NCBI GenBank assembly: GCA_964468205.1
Contig: CAYXVG010000035.1
Coordinates: 5,143 to 69,142, forward strand
From: an uncultured Solibacteraceae bacterium
Lineage (GTDB): Bacteria > Acidobacteriota > Terriglobia > Bryobacterales > Bryobacteraceae
Direction: 5' to 3'
DNA length: 64,000 nucleotides
This document shows, piece by piece, positions 10,280 through 21,158 of this stretch. Position numbers and translations under genes: made by a program. Positions within the stretch are counted from its first letter, which is position 1, and the number at the start of each line of letters is the position of its first letter. The notes below the pieces were generated by a model. The model was given only the letters and a program-made list of their open reading frames with translations, had not been told where the DNA came from and did no database searches.

Positions 10280-10747
10280 ATGAGACATAGAAAAGGTGGC
10301 TACAAGCTACAAAGAGACCCTGCCGCCCGCCGGGCGTTGCTCCGCGGGTTGGTCACCAACGTGATTGAGGCGGAACCCGAGCGGATCATCACCACCGTGA
10401 CCAAGGCCAAAGCGGCAAGGCCGCTGGTAGATAAGATGATAACTCTTGCCAAGCGGGACACGTTGCATTCCCGCCGTCAAGCAGCGGCCTTTCTAACGAC
10501 TCCGGCGGCGGTAAAGAAGCTCTTTGACAAGCTGGGAACGAGATTTGGTCAACGGCCGGGTGGCTATTCGCGAATTGTCCGCATTGGGCCGCGAAAAGGC
10601 GATGGCGCTGAACTGGCCATGCTGGAGCTCGTTGATGCGAAGTTGATCAAACGCGCCGCTGACCGCGCCAAGCGCAAGGAAGAGCGGATGCAGGCAATAA
10701 AGGAAGGCCGGGAGATCGAAGGCGAAGAACCCCCGGAGAAGTCTTAG
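10280..10747 (+). CDS. rplQ: 50S ribosomal protein L17, with a Lys/Glu-rich C-terminal extension
   Basis: MRHRKGGYKLQRDPAARRALLRGL.... 155 aa against about 127 in E. coli. Confidence 0.95.
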   Translation: MRHRKGGYKLQRDPAARRALLRGLVTNVIEAEPERIITTVTKAKAARPLVDKMITLAKRDTLHSRRQAAAFLTTPAAVKKLFDKLGTRFGQRPGGYSRIVRIGPRKGDGAELAMLELVDAKLIKRAADRAKRKEERMQAIKEGREIEGEEPPEKS

Positions 10748-10772
10748 GGCCCCGAACGAACTCGATACCTGG

Positions 10773-10804
10773 GGTCGCGGTGCTGTCTCTGCAGCACCGC
10801 GACC
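10773..10804. terminator. GC-rich hairpin between convergent rplQ and a kinase gene; probable bidirectional terminator
   Basis: GGTCGCGGTGCTG-tctctg-CAGCACCGCGACC is a perfect 13-bp stem, located between stop codons at 10747 (+) and 10817 (-). Confidence 0.55.
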
Positions 10805-10816
10805 ACGCTGGGCGAT

Positions 10817-13471
10817 TCACAATGCAGTCGACTTCCCGCGAGGGGATACTTCGTTCCTCCGAGGCGCGCCCCATTTTCTAAGCACTGCTGCCAGTGCCGC
10901 CAACTGGATCGGCTTGGGAAGGTAGTCGTCCATCTCGGCCTGAATGCAGCGCTCGCGGTCACCCTTCATTGCGTTGGCCGTGAGGGCGACGATCGGAGTT
11001 CTGCGCCCCCCGCTCTCGCGGGCTCTGATCTCTTGAGTCGCCCGAAAACCGTCGACCTCCGGCATCTGACAGTCCATCAGTATCACGTCGTAGTTGGCCC
11101 TCGCGGCTGCGGAAATCGCGGCGCTTCCATCGGCCACCGCTTCCACCGTGCAGCCGAGTTTCTCCAGGAATCGCACGGCGACCCGTTGGTTGACCGGGTT
11201 ATCCTCGGCGAGCAGAACGCGGCACTGGACATCTGGCTCAAGCCCAAGCGCTTCGAAGTCAGGCGCCGGTGGTATCCGCGAGCAGAGCGCCTCGCAGATC
11301 TTCGCGGCGAGAAGACGTCTTTTCACCGGCTTGTTGATCCATAAGAGTGGCCTATCACTCTGCTTCGTGGGCGAGCCTTCCGCACCTGGCGGGCCCACCA
11401 GGATCAGAGGCGTATCCGCAGTTGCCGATTGATCTTGGAGTGAGCGGACCAAGTCTCCGCCTTGATGTTGGTCGTTTTCAACATCAACGATGATCAGCGA
11501 GAACGGCTTTCGCGGGGCTGCCCGGCGAGCCAGCTCAATGGCAGCCAGAGCGGATTCGGCCTCGGCGACTTTCAGCCCTTCTACCTGCGTGTAGGAGCGA
11601 AGAAGCTGCCGACTGGTTGCGCTGACACCGGCGATCAATACCCTCGCATGATCGCACAAGTCCGAAGAGCAGCTTCGCTGACGGGGCCTGTTGACGGTCT
11701 CCAGGTGGGTGGTGAACCAGAACGTAGATCCCTTGCCCGGTTCGCTGGTCATTCCGATGTCACCGTTCATCAAGTCGACAAGCTGCTTAGAAATCGCGAG
11801 GCCTAAACCGGTACCGCCAAATCGTCTGGAACTGGTCCCGTCCGCTTGAGTGAACCGGTGGAAGAGGCGTTTCTGCGCTTCCGGCTCAATCCCGATACCG
11901 GTGTCTTGCACTCCGAACCGAAGAAGCAAGTCAATTCCCTGACGGTTCTCCACGGCAATGTCGAGCCGAACTGTGCCGTTGTTGGTGAACTTCACGCTAT
12001 TGCCCAGCAGATTCAGGAGCACCTGTCGAAGCCGCATCGAGTCTCCTCGAAGAAAGTTCGGCGTCCCCTTGCCGATGCGGAGGTTCAGTTCCAGTCCTTT
12101 CTTCCGCGCCTCTCCGGCTATCAGCGAGAGCACCTCGTCGACGAGATCCAGCAATTCAAACTCCTCTTTGCTCAAGGCCAGTTTGCCGGCCTCGATCTTC
12201 GCCATATCCAACAGATCATTGATGATAGCTAGCAAGGAATGGCCGCTGCTTTGAATCACCCCGGCAAGCTCCCGTTGCTCGTCTGAGAGTTGGGTGTCCA
12301 TCAGGAAGTCCGTCATCCCAAGGATCCCGTTCAGCGGGGTACGAATCTCGTGGCTTACATTCGCAAGGAATTGAGATTTCAAACGGGACGATTCGAGAGC
12401 CTCGTCCCTAGCGACCGCCAATTCCTCTTGGGCGCGCTTCCGCTCCTGAACCTCGTCCCGAAGTCTTTCATTTGCCGCGGACAGTTCCTTGGTGCGAATT
12501 GTCACCAAGCGTTCGACTTTGGCCGTCCGATCCTGCTGCGTACGGAATGAGGCGGCGGTGAGAAGACTAATAACTAACCCTCCCCCGAAGATGATCCACG
12601 GATGCCCGGTGTAGCCGGAGGCCAGCTTCTCGGCAACCGGTTGACAACGGATAAGCCAAGAGCGGTTTCCGACCGTGACGATCCGTTCGTAGTCTTCCCG
12701 TGTTTTCTGCTCGAGCGAGGGAGGTTCGGCGGGTTGCGGACTATTGTCGCGGCGCCTTGACCAATGGCTATAGAGCGAGCTGCGAGCGGCAGGTGCGTCA
12801 AGGTCGAAGGCGTGAACATCAATACCGTAGGAGCGAAGGTGTTGCAACCCTCTTTCCATGGTTTGTCCCACCTCGACAAAACTTCCGACAAAGCCGAGGA
12901 GACGCTGCCTACGGTCTTCGAGGGTTAACGGAACCTTGCTTTGCTCGAAAACCGGGTAGAGCAGAAAAACACCAAACGCATTTGCCTTTTCTTTGACCGG
13001 GACGCGCTCCGTGGTAGTGATCTTCCCGATTCGTAGGGCCAATTCCGCCGCCTCTGTCAAATCCGGTTCCGACATTACGTACGGGCCGAAGGATTCAGCG
13101 ATGGCGCCGCCCAGCGCGGCGGATTGGATGCGAAATGGACCTCCAAGCTGTTCCCTGACCGCCCAAAAGTACGTGCTCCGCCGTTCCCGGTCTGGCAGGA
13201 CATGACCCACGAATCGTGTGAATTCCTCCTGGGTCATCTCCGGGGCGTTTCGGGTGTGGAGCCACACGGCGGTTAGATTCGTTACCTCCGATGCCATCTC
13301 TCGCTCGAAGGCGGAAATCCTGTTTTCAGCCGCGTCCTCATACCGGGCCATCACCGAACGGCGCTCAATGTTCCAGAACGTTAGAGCGGCAAGGACTGCC
13401 AGCGAGCCGCCAATCATGAGGATCAGCACGATTGTGGTGGATTGTCGCGATCGAAAACCAGCCCTTTTCAT
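10817..13471 (-). CDS. Hybrid sensor histidine kinase: periplasmic CHASE-like sensor, HisKA, HATPase, degenerate receiver and canonical receiver
   Basis: 884 aa. One N-terminal TM helix, a periplasmic domain of about 270 aa and a second TM helix. H-box [14 protein letters not shown]; G-box [15 protein letters not shown]-terminal receiver [12 protein letters not shown]...[12 protein letters not shown]...[14 protein letters not shown]...YLPKP. Confidence 0.9.
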   Translation of the reverse strand: MKRAGFRSRQSTTIVLILMIGGSLAVLAALTFWNIERRSVMARYEDAAENRISAFEREMASEVTNLTAVWLHTRNAPEMTQEEFTRFVGHVLPDRERRSTYFWAVREQLGGPFRIQSAALGGAIAESFGPYVMSEPDLTEAAELALRIGKITTTERVPVKEKANAFGVFLLYPVFEQSKVPLTLEDRRQRLLGFVGSFVEVGQTMERGLQHLRSYGIDVHAFDLDAPAARSSLYSHWSRRRDNSPQPAEPPSLEQKTREDYERIVTVGNRSWLIRCQPVAEKLASGYTGHPWIIFGGGLVISLLTAASFRTQQDRTAKVERLVTIRTKELSAANERLRDEVQERKRAQEELAVARDEALESSRLKSQFLANVSHEIRTPLNGILGMTDFLMDTQLSDEQRELAGVIQSSGHSLLAIINDLLDMAKIEAGKLALSKEEFELLDLVDEVLSLIAGEARKKGLELNLRIGKGTPNFLRGDSMRLRQVLLNLLGNSVKFTNNGTVRLDIAVENRQGIDLLLRFGVQDTGIGIEPEAQKRLFHRFTQADGTSSRRFGGTGLGLAISKQLVDLMNGDIGMTSEPGKGSTFWFTTHLETVNRPRQRSCSSDLCDHARVLIAGVSATSRQLLRSYTQVEGLKVAEAESALAAIELARRAAPRKPFSLIIVDVENDQHQGGDLVRSLQDQSATADTPLILVGPPGAEGSPTKQSDRPLLWINKPVKRRLLAAKICEALCSRIPPAPDFEALGLEPDVQCRVLLAEDNPVNQRVAVRFLEKLGCTVEAVADGSAAISAAARANYDVILMDCQMPEVDGFRATQEIRARESGGRRTPIVALTANAMKGDRERCIQAEMDDYLPKPIQLAALAAVLRKWGAPRRNEVSPRGKSTAL

Positions 13472-13702
13472 GAGTTTGTTCTCTTAGCGCCAATTTCCAG
13501 TTTCCTGGCTCGTCAAGTTCTGGCCCGAGGCGCGGGAGATTTGTGAGCGGCCCGGCTGATGAGCTAAGGCAATCAGGTCCAGGACGATTTCAGATAAACC
13601 TCTCACACAAAAGATCGACACAACCTACTCAAACTTAAAGCCTGAATGCGTGGCAATTGAATGAATATTCTATTACTAGAAGATCGCCAGTCGTCGATGT
13701 AG

Positions 13703-15106
13703 TCAGGTTCGGACGCGGGTCGGAACGACAGGAAGACTTACGATCACTGTGGCGCCGCGCCCCGGGGAACTCCGAATCGAGATCTCCCCACCGTGTTGCC
13801 GAACAATTTGGCGGGCGCCGAACAAACTCCAGTTGCAGGAGGCCACGCGTCCTTCGGCGACGCGAAAGCCGGGATCGAGAAGGTGACGCAATTCTTCTTC
13901 CGGAAGGCCCGGCCCCTGGCCGCGGATCTCCACCTCGATCAAGTCCCCGTGAAGGGTAGAGGCGATGGTTACGGCAGCGTCCTCCCCGGAAGCATCGAGA
14001 GCTTTTTGAAGAATTGCGGAGAAGACAGCGCTCATTGGTTGCGGCCGGATCTCGATGTGGGGCAAAGGTTGCAGGTTGAACTCGAAAGAGGCCTTCTGTT
14101 GAACGGAATCGGCAACCAGCTCGGCGACGTCCCTCAGCAAGTTATTCAGGTCGACTGGAAGGACGTCTGCCCTGTCCAGGTTGGTGAAACGTTGCATTCG
14201 CTGCACGGTGGCGTGCAAGCGGTTGATGGATTCCGTGGCGTTTTCATAGAGGTCGGCTTCCAGGCGTGCGCGGTCCGCCTGCTTAGTGGGCGGAAGACTC
14301 TTGTTCCCTGACGAAAGGGTGCGAAGCGTGTCCAGGTTGCTCTTCAAGACGGCCAGCGGATTGTTCAGTTCGTGGCTCAGGGCGGCGGCCAGCCGGCCCA
14401 TCGACGCGGCGCTATCGGAGAGCAGCATTCGGCATTGGGAATCGCGGACTTCATTCATTGTCCGGATCTGCTCGCGATGGGCGAGGAAGGTTTCCCAGAT
14501 CCGGTGGTAAAGGTTCGCTGAAACGGCGGTGCTGAGAAGCACAACCATAACAAGAAACACCATGTTCAATGCTCGCGCCTGCGACCCTGAGATGATTCCG
14601 AGGTCCACCGCAAGTTGGCATGAAACCAAGTAGGAAATTACCGTGCCGAGTCCCAGCAGAAACACGTGGGCGGGCCGAAACGGCACTGACATCAAGACGA
14701 TTAGCAGCACTAAGGCAACTTGCGCGTTAATAAGCGTCAAGAACATCGGTTCTGCCTGAGCGCGCAATAGCGAGGACCAGATGAGACAGGTTGCCACCAC
14801 GATACCGACCAGCCACGCCACCGTGCGGGGATGGTCCTTGGTGGTCCGAACCTTTGTCGAGACCCAGGCTCCAACGCCGGCCGCCATCATGCAAAATGCG
14901 ACCGCCAGCGTGACCGAGGGGCTCAGTACATCCGGCGCGGCCAGTTGCAGAGCGGCTGTCATCACCGGAGGCAATACAATGATGGTCCCGGCGACCAGCC
15001 GCAGACCCTGACGAGCCTGCAAGTGGATGTGGTCGCGGAATGCTGCGTCGCGCTCGGCCTCTGACTGGAATAACAAGTCGCCGAAACGCTGAAGCGGGCG
15101 AGCCAT
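13703..15106 (-). CDS. Membrane-embedded sensor histidine kinase with about 6 TM helices
   Basis: 467 aa with a polytopic N-terminal half. H-box LAAALSHELNNPLAVL; the C-terminal part looks like an ATPase domain (...IEVEIRGQGPGLPEEE...HGGEISIRSSPGRGATV). Confidence 0.85.
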   Translation of the reverse strand: MARPLQRFGDLLFQSEAERDAAFRDHIHLQARQGLRLVAGTIIVLPPVMTAALQLAAPDVLSPSVTLAVAFCMMAAGVGAWVSTKVRTTKDHPRTVAWLVGIVVATCLIWSSLLRAQAEPMFLTLINAQVALVLLIVLMSVPFRPAHVFLLGLGTVISYLVSCQLAVDLGIISGSQARALNMVFLVMVVLLSTAVSANLYHRIWETFLAHREQIRTMNEVRDSQCRMLLSDSAASMGRLAAALSHELNNPLAVLKSNLDTLRTLSSGNKSLPPTKQADRARLEADLYENATESINRLHATVQRMQRFTNLDRADVLPVDLNNLLRDVAELVADSVQQKASFEFNLQPLPHIEIRPQPMSAVFSAILQKALDASGEDAAVTIASTLHGDLIEVEIRGQGPGLPEEELRHLLDPGFRVAEGRVASCNWSLFGARQIVRQHGGEISIRSSPGRGATVIVSLPVVPTRVRT

Positions 15107-15183
15107 TCTTTCAGCTACTCTTCCGTTTTGCGGACATTGTAAGCTGGTAGGAGGCGCCGGGTCGGAATCTCGCGGAAATATTC

Positions 15184-16254
15184 ATGCTACGAAGCCCATT
15201 GTTGTTCATCATACCGACATGTCTGCTAGCACAGGAGATGCCGCCGAGCCCGGTCGGTTACACGGAGGCTCGCGAGCACCGCGTCGAGGGCAGGCTGACT
15301 CTGCCGGGAACCGTTGAGTCCAATGTGACATCGATGGTGGCGAGCGAGATATCCGGCCTCGTCATCGAGTACCCGGTGAAGCAGGGAGACAGGCTCGAGA
15401 AAGGACAACTCCTGGCTCGTCTAAACAAGCGGGATCGCGAGTTGGATCTCGCCAGGGTAGCCGCCGATCTTGCTGAAGCGGAGTCGAGGTCGAAGCTTGC
15501 TTTCCGAAACTATGAACGCTCCGAGGAGTTGTTCGAATCGGGAATCTTCAGCCAGCAGCAGCTCGACGACACACTGTACGAGTACCAAGCCTGGCGGGGG
15601 CGAGTTGACAGCCTGAAGGCTCAGATGGAGCGCATTCGGTACGACTTGGAGAAATCCGTGATCCCAGCGCCGTTCGCCGGAGTGGTCCTGAGCAAGCGGA
15701 CGGAATTGGGGCAATGGCTTGGGGTGGGTGATGAAGTGGTGGAACTTCTATCACTTGAGGAGCTCGAGGTCCGTGTTGACGTACCCGAGCAGTACTATCC
15801 CTCGATCCGAATCGGCGCTGGCGCCAGTGTGACGTTGGAGGCGCACCCGGGGCGCACCTTGCGCGGCCAAGTTACGACGGTCATACCGAAGGCCGATGAG
15901 CGGGCGCGCACCTTCCCCATCAAGATCCGCTTTCCGGCCGACGAGAAGATCGGGGTGGGCATGCTGGCACGGGTGACGTTGGACGGCGTTTCAATAAGCG
16001 GACGCGGGGCGCGCAACGCCGTGATCGTGCCGAAGGATGCAGTTGTTCGCCAAGGGTCTCAGCAAACGGTGTGGACGCTCGGCGGTGATGGCGAAGTAAA
16101 ACCCATGACCGTAGAGACCGGCACAGGAGAGGGCGCTTGGATTGAAGTTCGTGGACCTTTGCAGGCCGGAGCGAAAGTAATCACCCGGGGCAATGAGCGT
16201 CTGCGTCCCGGCCAAACAGTTCGGGGCGAACCTGTTGAGTACAAACTGCCATGA
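15184..16254 (+). CDS. Efflux RND periplasmic adaptor subunit (membrane fusion protein)
   Basis: 356 aa with a signal sequence. Lipoyl/hairpin pattern (...GDRLEKGQLLARLN...coiled coil...IPAPFAGVVLSKR...). Overlaps the RND pump start by 4 nt. Confidence 0.88.
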   Translation: MLRSPLLFIIPTCLLAQEMPPSPVGYTEAREHRVEGRLTLPGTVESNVTSMVASEISGLVIEYPVKQGDRLEKGQLLARLNKRDRELDLARVAADLAEAESRSKLAFRNYERSEELFESGIFSQQQLDDTLYEYQAWRGRVDSLKAQMERIRYDLEKSVIPAPFAGVVLSKRTELGQWLGVGDEVVELLSLEELEVRVDVPEQYYPSIRIGAGASVTLEAHPGRTLRGQVTTVIPKADERARTFPIKIRFPADEKIGVGMLARVTLDGVSISGRGARNAVIVPKDAVVRQGSQQTVWTLGGDGEVKPMTVETGTGEGAWIEVRGPLQAGAKVITRGNERLRPGQTVRGEPVEYKLP

Positions 16255-19200
16255 AGCTCGTTCATGACGCGATACGATTTCCGGTCACGACGACAGTGGG
16301 TGTACTGTTGCTTGTCCTGTTTGGTTCGCTTGCCTTGCGGCGCATCCCGGTGCAGCTTACGCCCACCGTGGAGGAGCCGGAGATAACCGTGACGACGTAC
16401 TGGCCTGGTGCGAGTCCGCTCGAGGTTGAGCGCGAAATCATAGAGGAGCAGGAAGAGCAACTCAAGTCTCTTGAGGGCTTGATCGAGATGGAGAGCTCCA
16501 GTTCGGACTCAAACGGCTCCATCACTCTGACTTTCCAGATCGGCACGGATCAAGACGCCGCCTTGTTGAAGGTATCCAATGCGCTGCAGCAGGTACCGAG
16601 CTATCCCGCCGAGGCCGACAAGCCCGTAATTTACAGCGTGGCCGCGGAAGCGAATGCGATCGCCTGGTTTGTGCTGCAACCTGGCGGCGACGAGCCTTTC
16701 GAAGGTGACATCTCCACTCTGTTCAATTTCGTGGATGACTACGTTAAGCCGGAGTTCGAACGCGTTCCCGGCCTCGCCCAGGCCAATATCTACGGCGGTA
16801 CCGAGCGTGAAATGCACGTGGTCGTCGATCCGGCGAAACTGGCGGCACGCAAGGTGACATTGAATCAGCTAGGCGCGGCGCTGGACCGCGAGAACCGTAG
16901 TTATTCGGGCGGTGATTTCAACGAGGGAAAGCGCCGCTATATCGTCCGGACGGTGGGAGAGTATCAATCGACCGAGGATATTGAAAGCGTTGTGATTACC
17001 GTCCGCAACGGGGTGCCGGTGTACGTTCGCGATGTCGGCTATGCGGAACTGGGCTATCGGAAGCCGATGGCGAAACCGTTCTATTTCGGTGAGCCGATGA
17101 TCGCCATGAACGCCGTAAAAGAACCAGGCGAGAACGTGCTGGAGGTGATGGAGCAACTGAAGGCGACGGTTGCCCGCGTGAACGAGGAACTGCTCGCTCC
17201 CCGCGGTTTGACCCTCACACAGGTCATGGACGAGACCGAGTATATCGAGAGCTCTATTGATCTGGTCCAGCAGAGCTTGTATCTTGGCGGGTGCCTCGCC
17301 ATCCTGGCGCTGCTGTTATTCCTGCGATCCGTCACGAGCACTCTGGTCGTTGCCGTGGCCATCCCGATCAGCATGATCAGCACTTTTTTGGCCATGCTGT
17401 GGTTTGACCGGACCCTCAACGTCATCAGCTTGGCGGGAATGGCGTTCGCGGTAGGCATGGTGGTGGACAACTCGATTGTTGTGCTCGAGAACATCTACCG
17501 GCATCGTCAGATGGGCAAGAGCCGCTTTGACGCCGCCTACGACGGCGCGCGGGAAGTCTGGGGAGCGGTGCTGGCGAGCACGCTCACGACGATCGCCGTT
17601 TTCGTACCGGTGGTGTTTGTCGAAGAGGAGGCGGGCCAGCTTTTCCGCGACATTGCAATTGCCATCAGTTGCGCGGTCGGCCTGAGTCTGCTTGTGGCGA
17701 TTACCGTGATACCGTCACTTTCGGCGAAGATTCTCCACGTAGCCAAAGGCGGCCATCGGAAGTACGGATTCCACAACCTGTTTGGTCTTACGCTCGCGGC
17801 GGAAACGATTACCAACAAATTCGCCGGCTTCATCTACTGGCTGTGTGGAGGGGTTTTGAGGCGGCTGATCGTCGTTGGCGGGTTGACCGCGGCAGCCTTG
17901 CTGATCAGTCTGAACTTGATGCCGAAAACGGAGTACCTGCCCCTCGGCAACGTGAATTTTCTGTTTGGCATTTTACTACCGTCGCCTGGCTACAATGTCG
18001 ACGAGGTTGCGGAACTCCGCCACCGCTACACCGAGAACCTCAAGCATCTATGGGAGACGCCACCGGAGGAGTCCGCATCATTGCCGGGTGGCGGGGTGAA
18101 GGGGTTCTTTTTCATCGCTATGCCACAGAACTGTTTCATGGGTGTCCGGTCGCGGGATCCGGAACGCGCCCGCGAGCTGATTCCGGAGTTCCAGAAAGTG
18201 AACTTCTCGATCCCCGGAGCGATCGGATTCATTGACCAGGCCAGCATTTTCCAACGCGGTCTCGGAGAGGGGCGAAACATCGATATCGACATAACCGGAC
18301 CTGAACTCGAACAGCTCATCGCCCTTGGAGGTCAGATCTTCGGTAACGTGATGCAGAAGCTCCCGGGGGCTCAGGCGCGGCCGATTCCCAGTCTCGACCT
18401 TGGAAATCCCGAGGTTCAGATTAAGACTGATCGCCGGCGCGCCGCGGACTTAGGTATTTCCAACCGGGACCTCGGTTTCACAGTCAGCGCCCTGGTCGAC
18501 GGAGCGAAGGCCAGCGACTACCAACACGAAGGAGACGAGATCGATCTTCGTGTCATGGCCGAGGAGAGCTTCGCTCACCGGACGCACTTGCTGGACCAGA
18601 TGCCGATCGCGACTCCGGACGGGCAGCTCGTTACGCTCGGCTCCGTAGCGGAAGTGTCGGAAACCACCGGTCCGGTGACCATTAATCACAAGGAGCGCGA
18701 GCGAACCATCACGATTCAGGTGACTCCGGACGAGCAGATGCCACTGGAACTAGCGATGGAGACGATCGAGAGCGAGATCATTGAGCCGATGAGGGCGTCA
18801 GGGCAGATAGGGGGCCTCTACCGCACTGACCTCTCTGGGACGGCAGACAAACTAACGCAGACCTTCGAGTCATTCAAATGGAATTTTCTTCTCGCATTGG
18901 CCATTACCTATCTGCTCATGGCGGCGCTGTTTGAGAGCTTTCTTTATCCGTTCGTTATCATGTTTAGCGTGCCGCTGGCAGCGGCCGGCGGTTTCTTGGG
19001 GCTTGCCGCGGTGAACCGTTTTATCGCTTACCAGCCGCTTGATATCCTGACGATGCTGGGATTTGTGATTCTCGTGGGCACGGTTGTGAATAACGCCATC
19101 CTGGTAGTGCACCAGTCGCTGAACCACATCCGCGATGACGGCATGCCGCACCGGGAGGCCGTGCGTACGGCCACTGCCAGCCGCATCCGCCCGATTTTTA

Positions 19201-19439
19201 TGTCTGTTTCCACATCCGTGTTCGGCATGCTTCCACTGGTGCTGTTCCCAGGACCGGGATCTGAGTTGTACCGGGGGTTGGGCAGTGTGGTGGTTGGCGG
19301 ATTGGTCGTCTCGACGGTTTTCACGCTGTTCCTGGTACCAAGCCTGTTCAGCCTGGTGCTCGACGCGAGGGCGGGCGTCGCCAGTCTGGTGTCGCAAATC
19401 GCCTCGCGGGATGAACCGAAGGAGGAAGCGGGGGACTAG
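16251..19439 (+). CDS. RND efflux pump inner-membrane subunit (AcrB/HAE family)
   Basis: 1062 aa with 12-TM topology, two large periplasmic loops and typical RND blocks (AGMAFAVGMVVDNSIVVLENI; LGFVILVGTVVNNAILVV). Confidence 0.95.
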   Translation: MKLVHDAIRFPVTTTVGVLLLVLFGSLALRRIPVQLTPTVEEPEITVTTYWPGASPLEVEREIIEEQEEQLKSLEGLIEMESSSSDSNGSITLTFQIGTDQDAALLKVSNALQQVPSYPAEADKPVIYSVAAEANAIAWFVLQPGGDEPFEGDISTLFNFVDDYVKPEFERVPGLAQANIYGGTEREMHVVVDPAKLAARKVTLNQLGAALDRENRSYSGGDFNEGKRRYIVRTVGEYQSTEDIESVVITVRNGVPVYVRDVGYAELGYRKPMAKPFYFGEPMIAMNAVKEPGENVLEVMEQLKATVARVNEELLAPRGLTLTQVMDETEYIESSIDLVQQSLYLGGCLAILALLLFLRSVTSTLVVAVAIPISMISTFLAMLWFDRTLNVISLAGMAFAVGMVVDNSIVVLENIYRHRQMGKSRFDAAYDGAREVWGAVLASTLTTIAVFVPVVFVEEEAGQLFRDIAIAISCAVGLSLLVAITVIPSLSAKILHVAKGGHRKYGFHNLFGLTLAAETITNKFAGFIYWLCGGVLRRLIVVGGLTAAALLISLNLMPKTEYLPLGNVNFLFGILLPSPGYNVDEVAELRHRYTENLKHLWETPPEESASLPGGGVKGFFFIAMPQNCFMGVRSRDPERARELIPEFQKVNFSIPGAIGFIDQASIFQRGLGEGRNIDIDITGPELEQLIALGGQIFGNVMQKLPGAQARPIPSLDLGNPEVQIKTDRRRAADLGISNRDLGFTVSALVDGAKASDYQHEGDEIDLRVMAEESFAHRTHLLDQMPIATPDGQLVTLGSVAEVSETTGPVTINHKERERTITIQVTPDEQMPLELAMETIESEIIEPMRASGQIGGLYRTDLSGTADKLTQTFESFKWNFLLALAITYLLMAALFESFLYPFVIMFSVPLAAAGGFLGLAAVNRFIAYQPLDILTMLGFVILVGTVVNNAILVVHQSLNHIRDDGMPHREAVRTATASRIRPIFMSVSTSVFGMLPLVLFPGPGSELYRGLGSVVVGGLVVSTVFTLFLVPSLFSLVLDARAGVASLVSQIASRDEPKEEAGD

Positions 19440-19450
19440 CTGGTAGACCC

Positions 19451-21043
19451 ATGTCACGCCCCGCTCTTCTTCGCACGGCTATTCCGGGTGCACTCGATCC
19501 GGGTGGCTTCCTGTACCTTGCACTGGTCCTGACGGTAGTTGCCGCAAACATCGCGCCGATTTGGCAACAGCCGTACTTTCCCTCCCAGGATGGACCAAGC
19601 CACATTTACAATGCCACGATCATGGCTGACTTGGGCTCCGAGCCTGTTTATCAAGAGTTCTTCTCGTTACGTCTGACGCCTGCCGGCAACTTGTTGGGTC
19701 ACGTCCTTCTCGGCGGGTTGCTGCGGTTCTTGGAACCGGCGGTGGCCGAAAAGGCCGCTGTTACAATCATCCTCCTCCTGCACATCTTTGCCTTCTATTA
19801 TCTCGGCCGTACCCTAACAGAGAATGGTAGGTACTTCTGCCTGTTTGGCCTGATGATTGGCTTCAGTTTCTTTTTGTTCATGGGCTTCTGGAACTTCTGC
19901 CTAGCGGTGCCGATTGGGTTACTTGGCCTCGGCTACTACCTGCGAAACCGTGACGATTGGCGGATTGGCAACACGTTGGTCTTGTGTGTCATTGTCTCTC
20001 TTACGTATGCCGCCCATATGATGGTTTGCTTCGTCGCCGGAGCGGCTATTGGCGCCTTTGCCTTGGCCGGATTCGCCGCCGGGAGCGGAACCGGACGCCA
20101 TTGGAGTCGAAGGCTGTTGGAAGCTGCCAAGCCAGCGCTGGCTTTTGTCCCTGTCGCGCCGCTGGCCATAGCGTATCTCCATACGGGGCTTCCTTCTGAC
20201 GGTTCGGGAGAGCATGGTAGCTTGTGGGACCTATACGGCTTCGGTTATCTACAGATGTATCTCCACGAAGCCATTGTTCTGAGAAAGCTATTGGCTCTGT
20301 TTGTGGCGGGACTGGTTATCCTGGCCATCCTGGGTCGAATCCGTCGGCCGCGAATCCGGTATGCCGACACTTATCTCGCGCTAGCCACCCTCTTCGCGCT
20401 AGCCACGGCGTTTGGACCGAGCCATATTGGCCAGGGGGGAACGGTTCGCACCCGTCTTGGCCTCTTCTTCCTGCTGTTTCTGTTGCTTTGGCTGTCGAGC
20501 CAGCAATGGCCGAAACCCGTGCAGTGGGGTATTGTGTTTGCACTGAGCCTTTTGTTGCTGGCCGGCGCCAGCTTGAGAGCGGATGCTTACCGGAGGTGGA
20601 ACCAACCGCTGCTGGAAATTGTGAGCGTGCAGGATGAGATCCGGGAAGGGGCGACAGTGCTCGGTCTGGATCTCGACCGCCTCGAGTATATGCGCCCCAA
20701 CCTCCATGCGGTGGGGCGGATGACTGCGCGCCGGATTATCAATCTGAGAAACTATGAGGCGGCCACGGATCATTTTCTCACTCGTTACCAGCCTGCAGTG
20801 GATCCCTATCGATATCTCGGAGACCGCGAGGGTCTCGAAGCCACCCCACCCCGATTTGACCTTGATCGCTACGAGAACCACTCGGGCCGGCGTGTGGACT
20901 ATCTGCTCGCCTATTCAACACCGGAAGACGGCGAAGCTTTTCCGGAGCGACGCCTCTATTCCAGCGAACTCGAGCGCTATCGCCTGGTAACTGTTTCGAG
21001 GCCAACCGGCTTCGCGCGGCTGTACGAAGCGAAGTCCCATTGA
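19451..21043 (+). CDS. Polytopic membrane protein of unknown function (GT-C-like topology) with a soluble C-terminal domain
   Basis: 530 aa, about 11 predicted TM helices followed by a hydrophilic tail of about 150 aa. Starts 12 nt after the RND pump stop. No family recognised. Confidence 0.65.
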   Translation: MSRPALLRTAIPGALDPGGFLYLALVLTVVAANIAPIWQQPYFPSQDGPSHIYNATIMADLGSEPVYQEFFSLRLTPAGNLLGHVLLGGLLRFLEPAVAEKAAVTIILLLHIFAFYYLGRTLTENGRYFCLFGLMIGFSFFLFMGFWNFCLAVPIGLLGLGYYLRNRDDWRIGNTLVLCVIVSLTYAAHMMVCFVAGAAIGAFALAGFAAGSGTGRHWSRRLLEAAKPALAFVPVAPLAIAYLHTGLPSDGSGEHGSLWDLYGFGYLQMYLHEAIVLRKLLALFVAGLVILAILGRIRRPRIRYADTYLALATLFALATAFGPSHIGQGGTVRTRLGLFFLLFLLLWLSSQQWPKPVQWGIVFALSLLLLAGASLRADAYRRWNQPLLEIVSVQDEIREGATVLGLDLDRLEYMRPNLHAVGRMTARRIINLRNYEAATDHFLTRYQPAVDPYRYLGDREGLEATPPRFDLDRYENHSGRRVDYLLAYSTPEDGEAFPERRLYSSELERYRLVTVSRPTGFARLYEAKSH

Positions 21044-21158
21044 GCGCTGCACTCTGCACCCCGCCGCTCCACTACCGCCTCGGTCCGGGAATCTGAGCGG
21101 CCGTTCAACCGAATCTGTAACTCGGTCTTCGTGGTTTACGTGATTAAATAGGGGCGTT

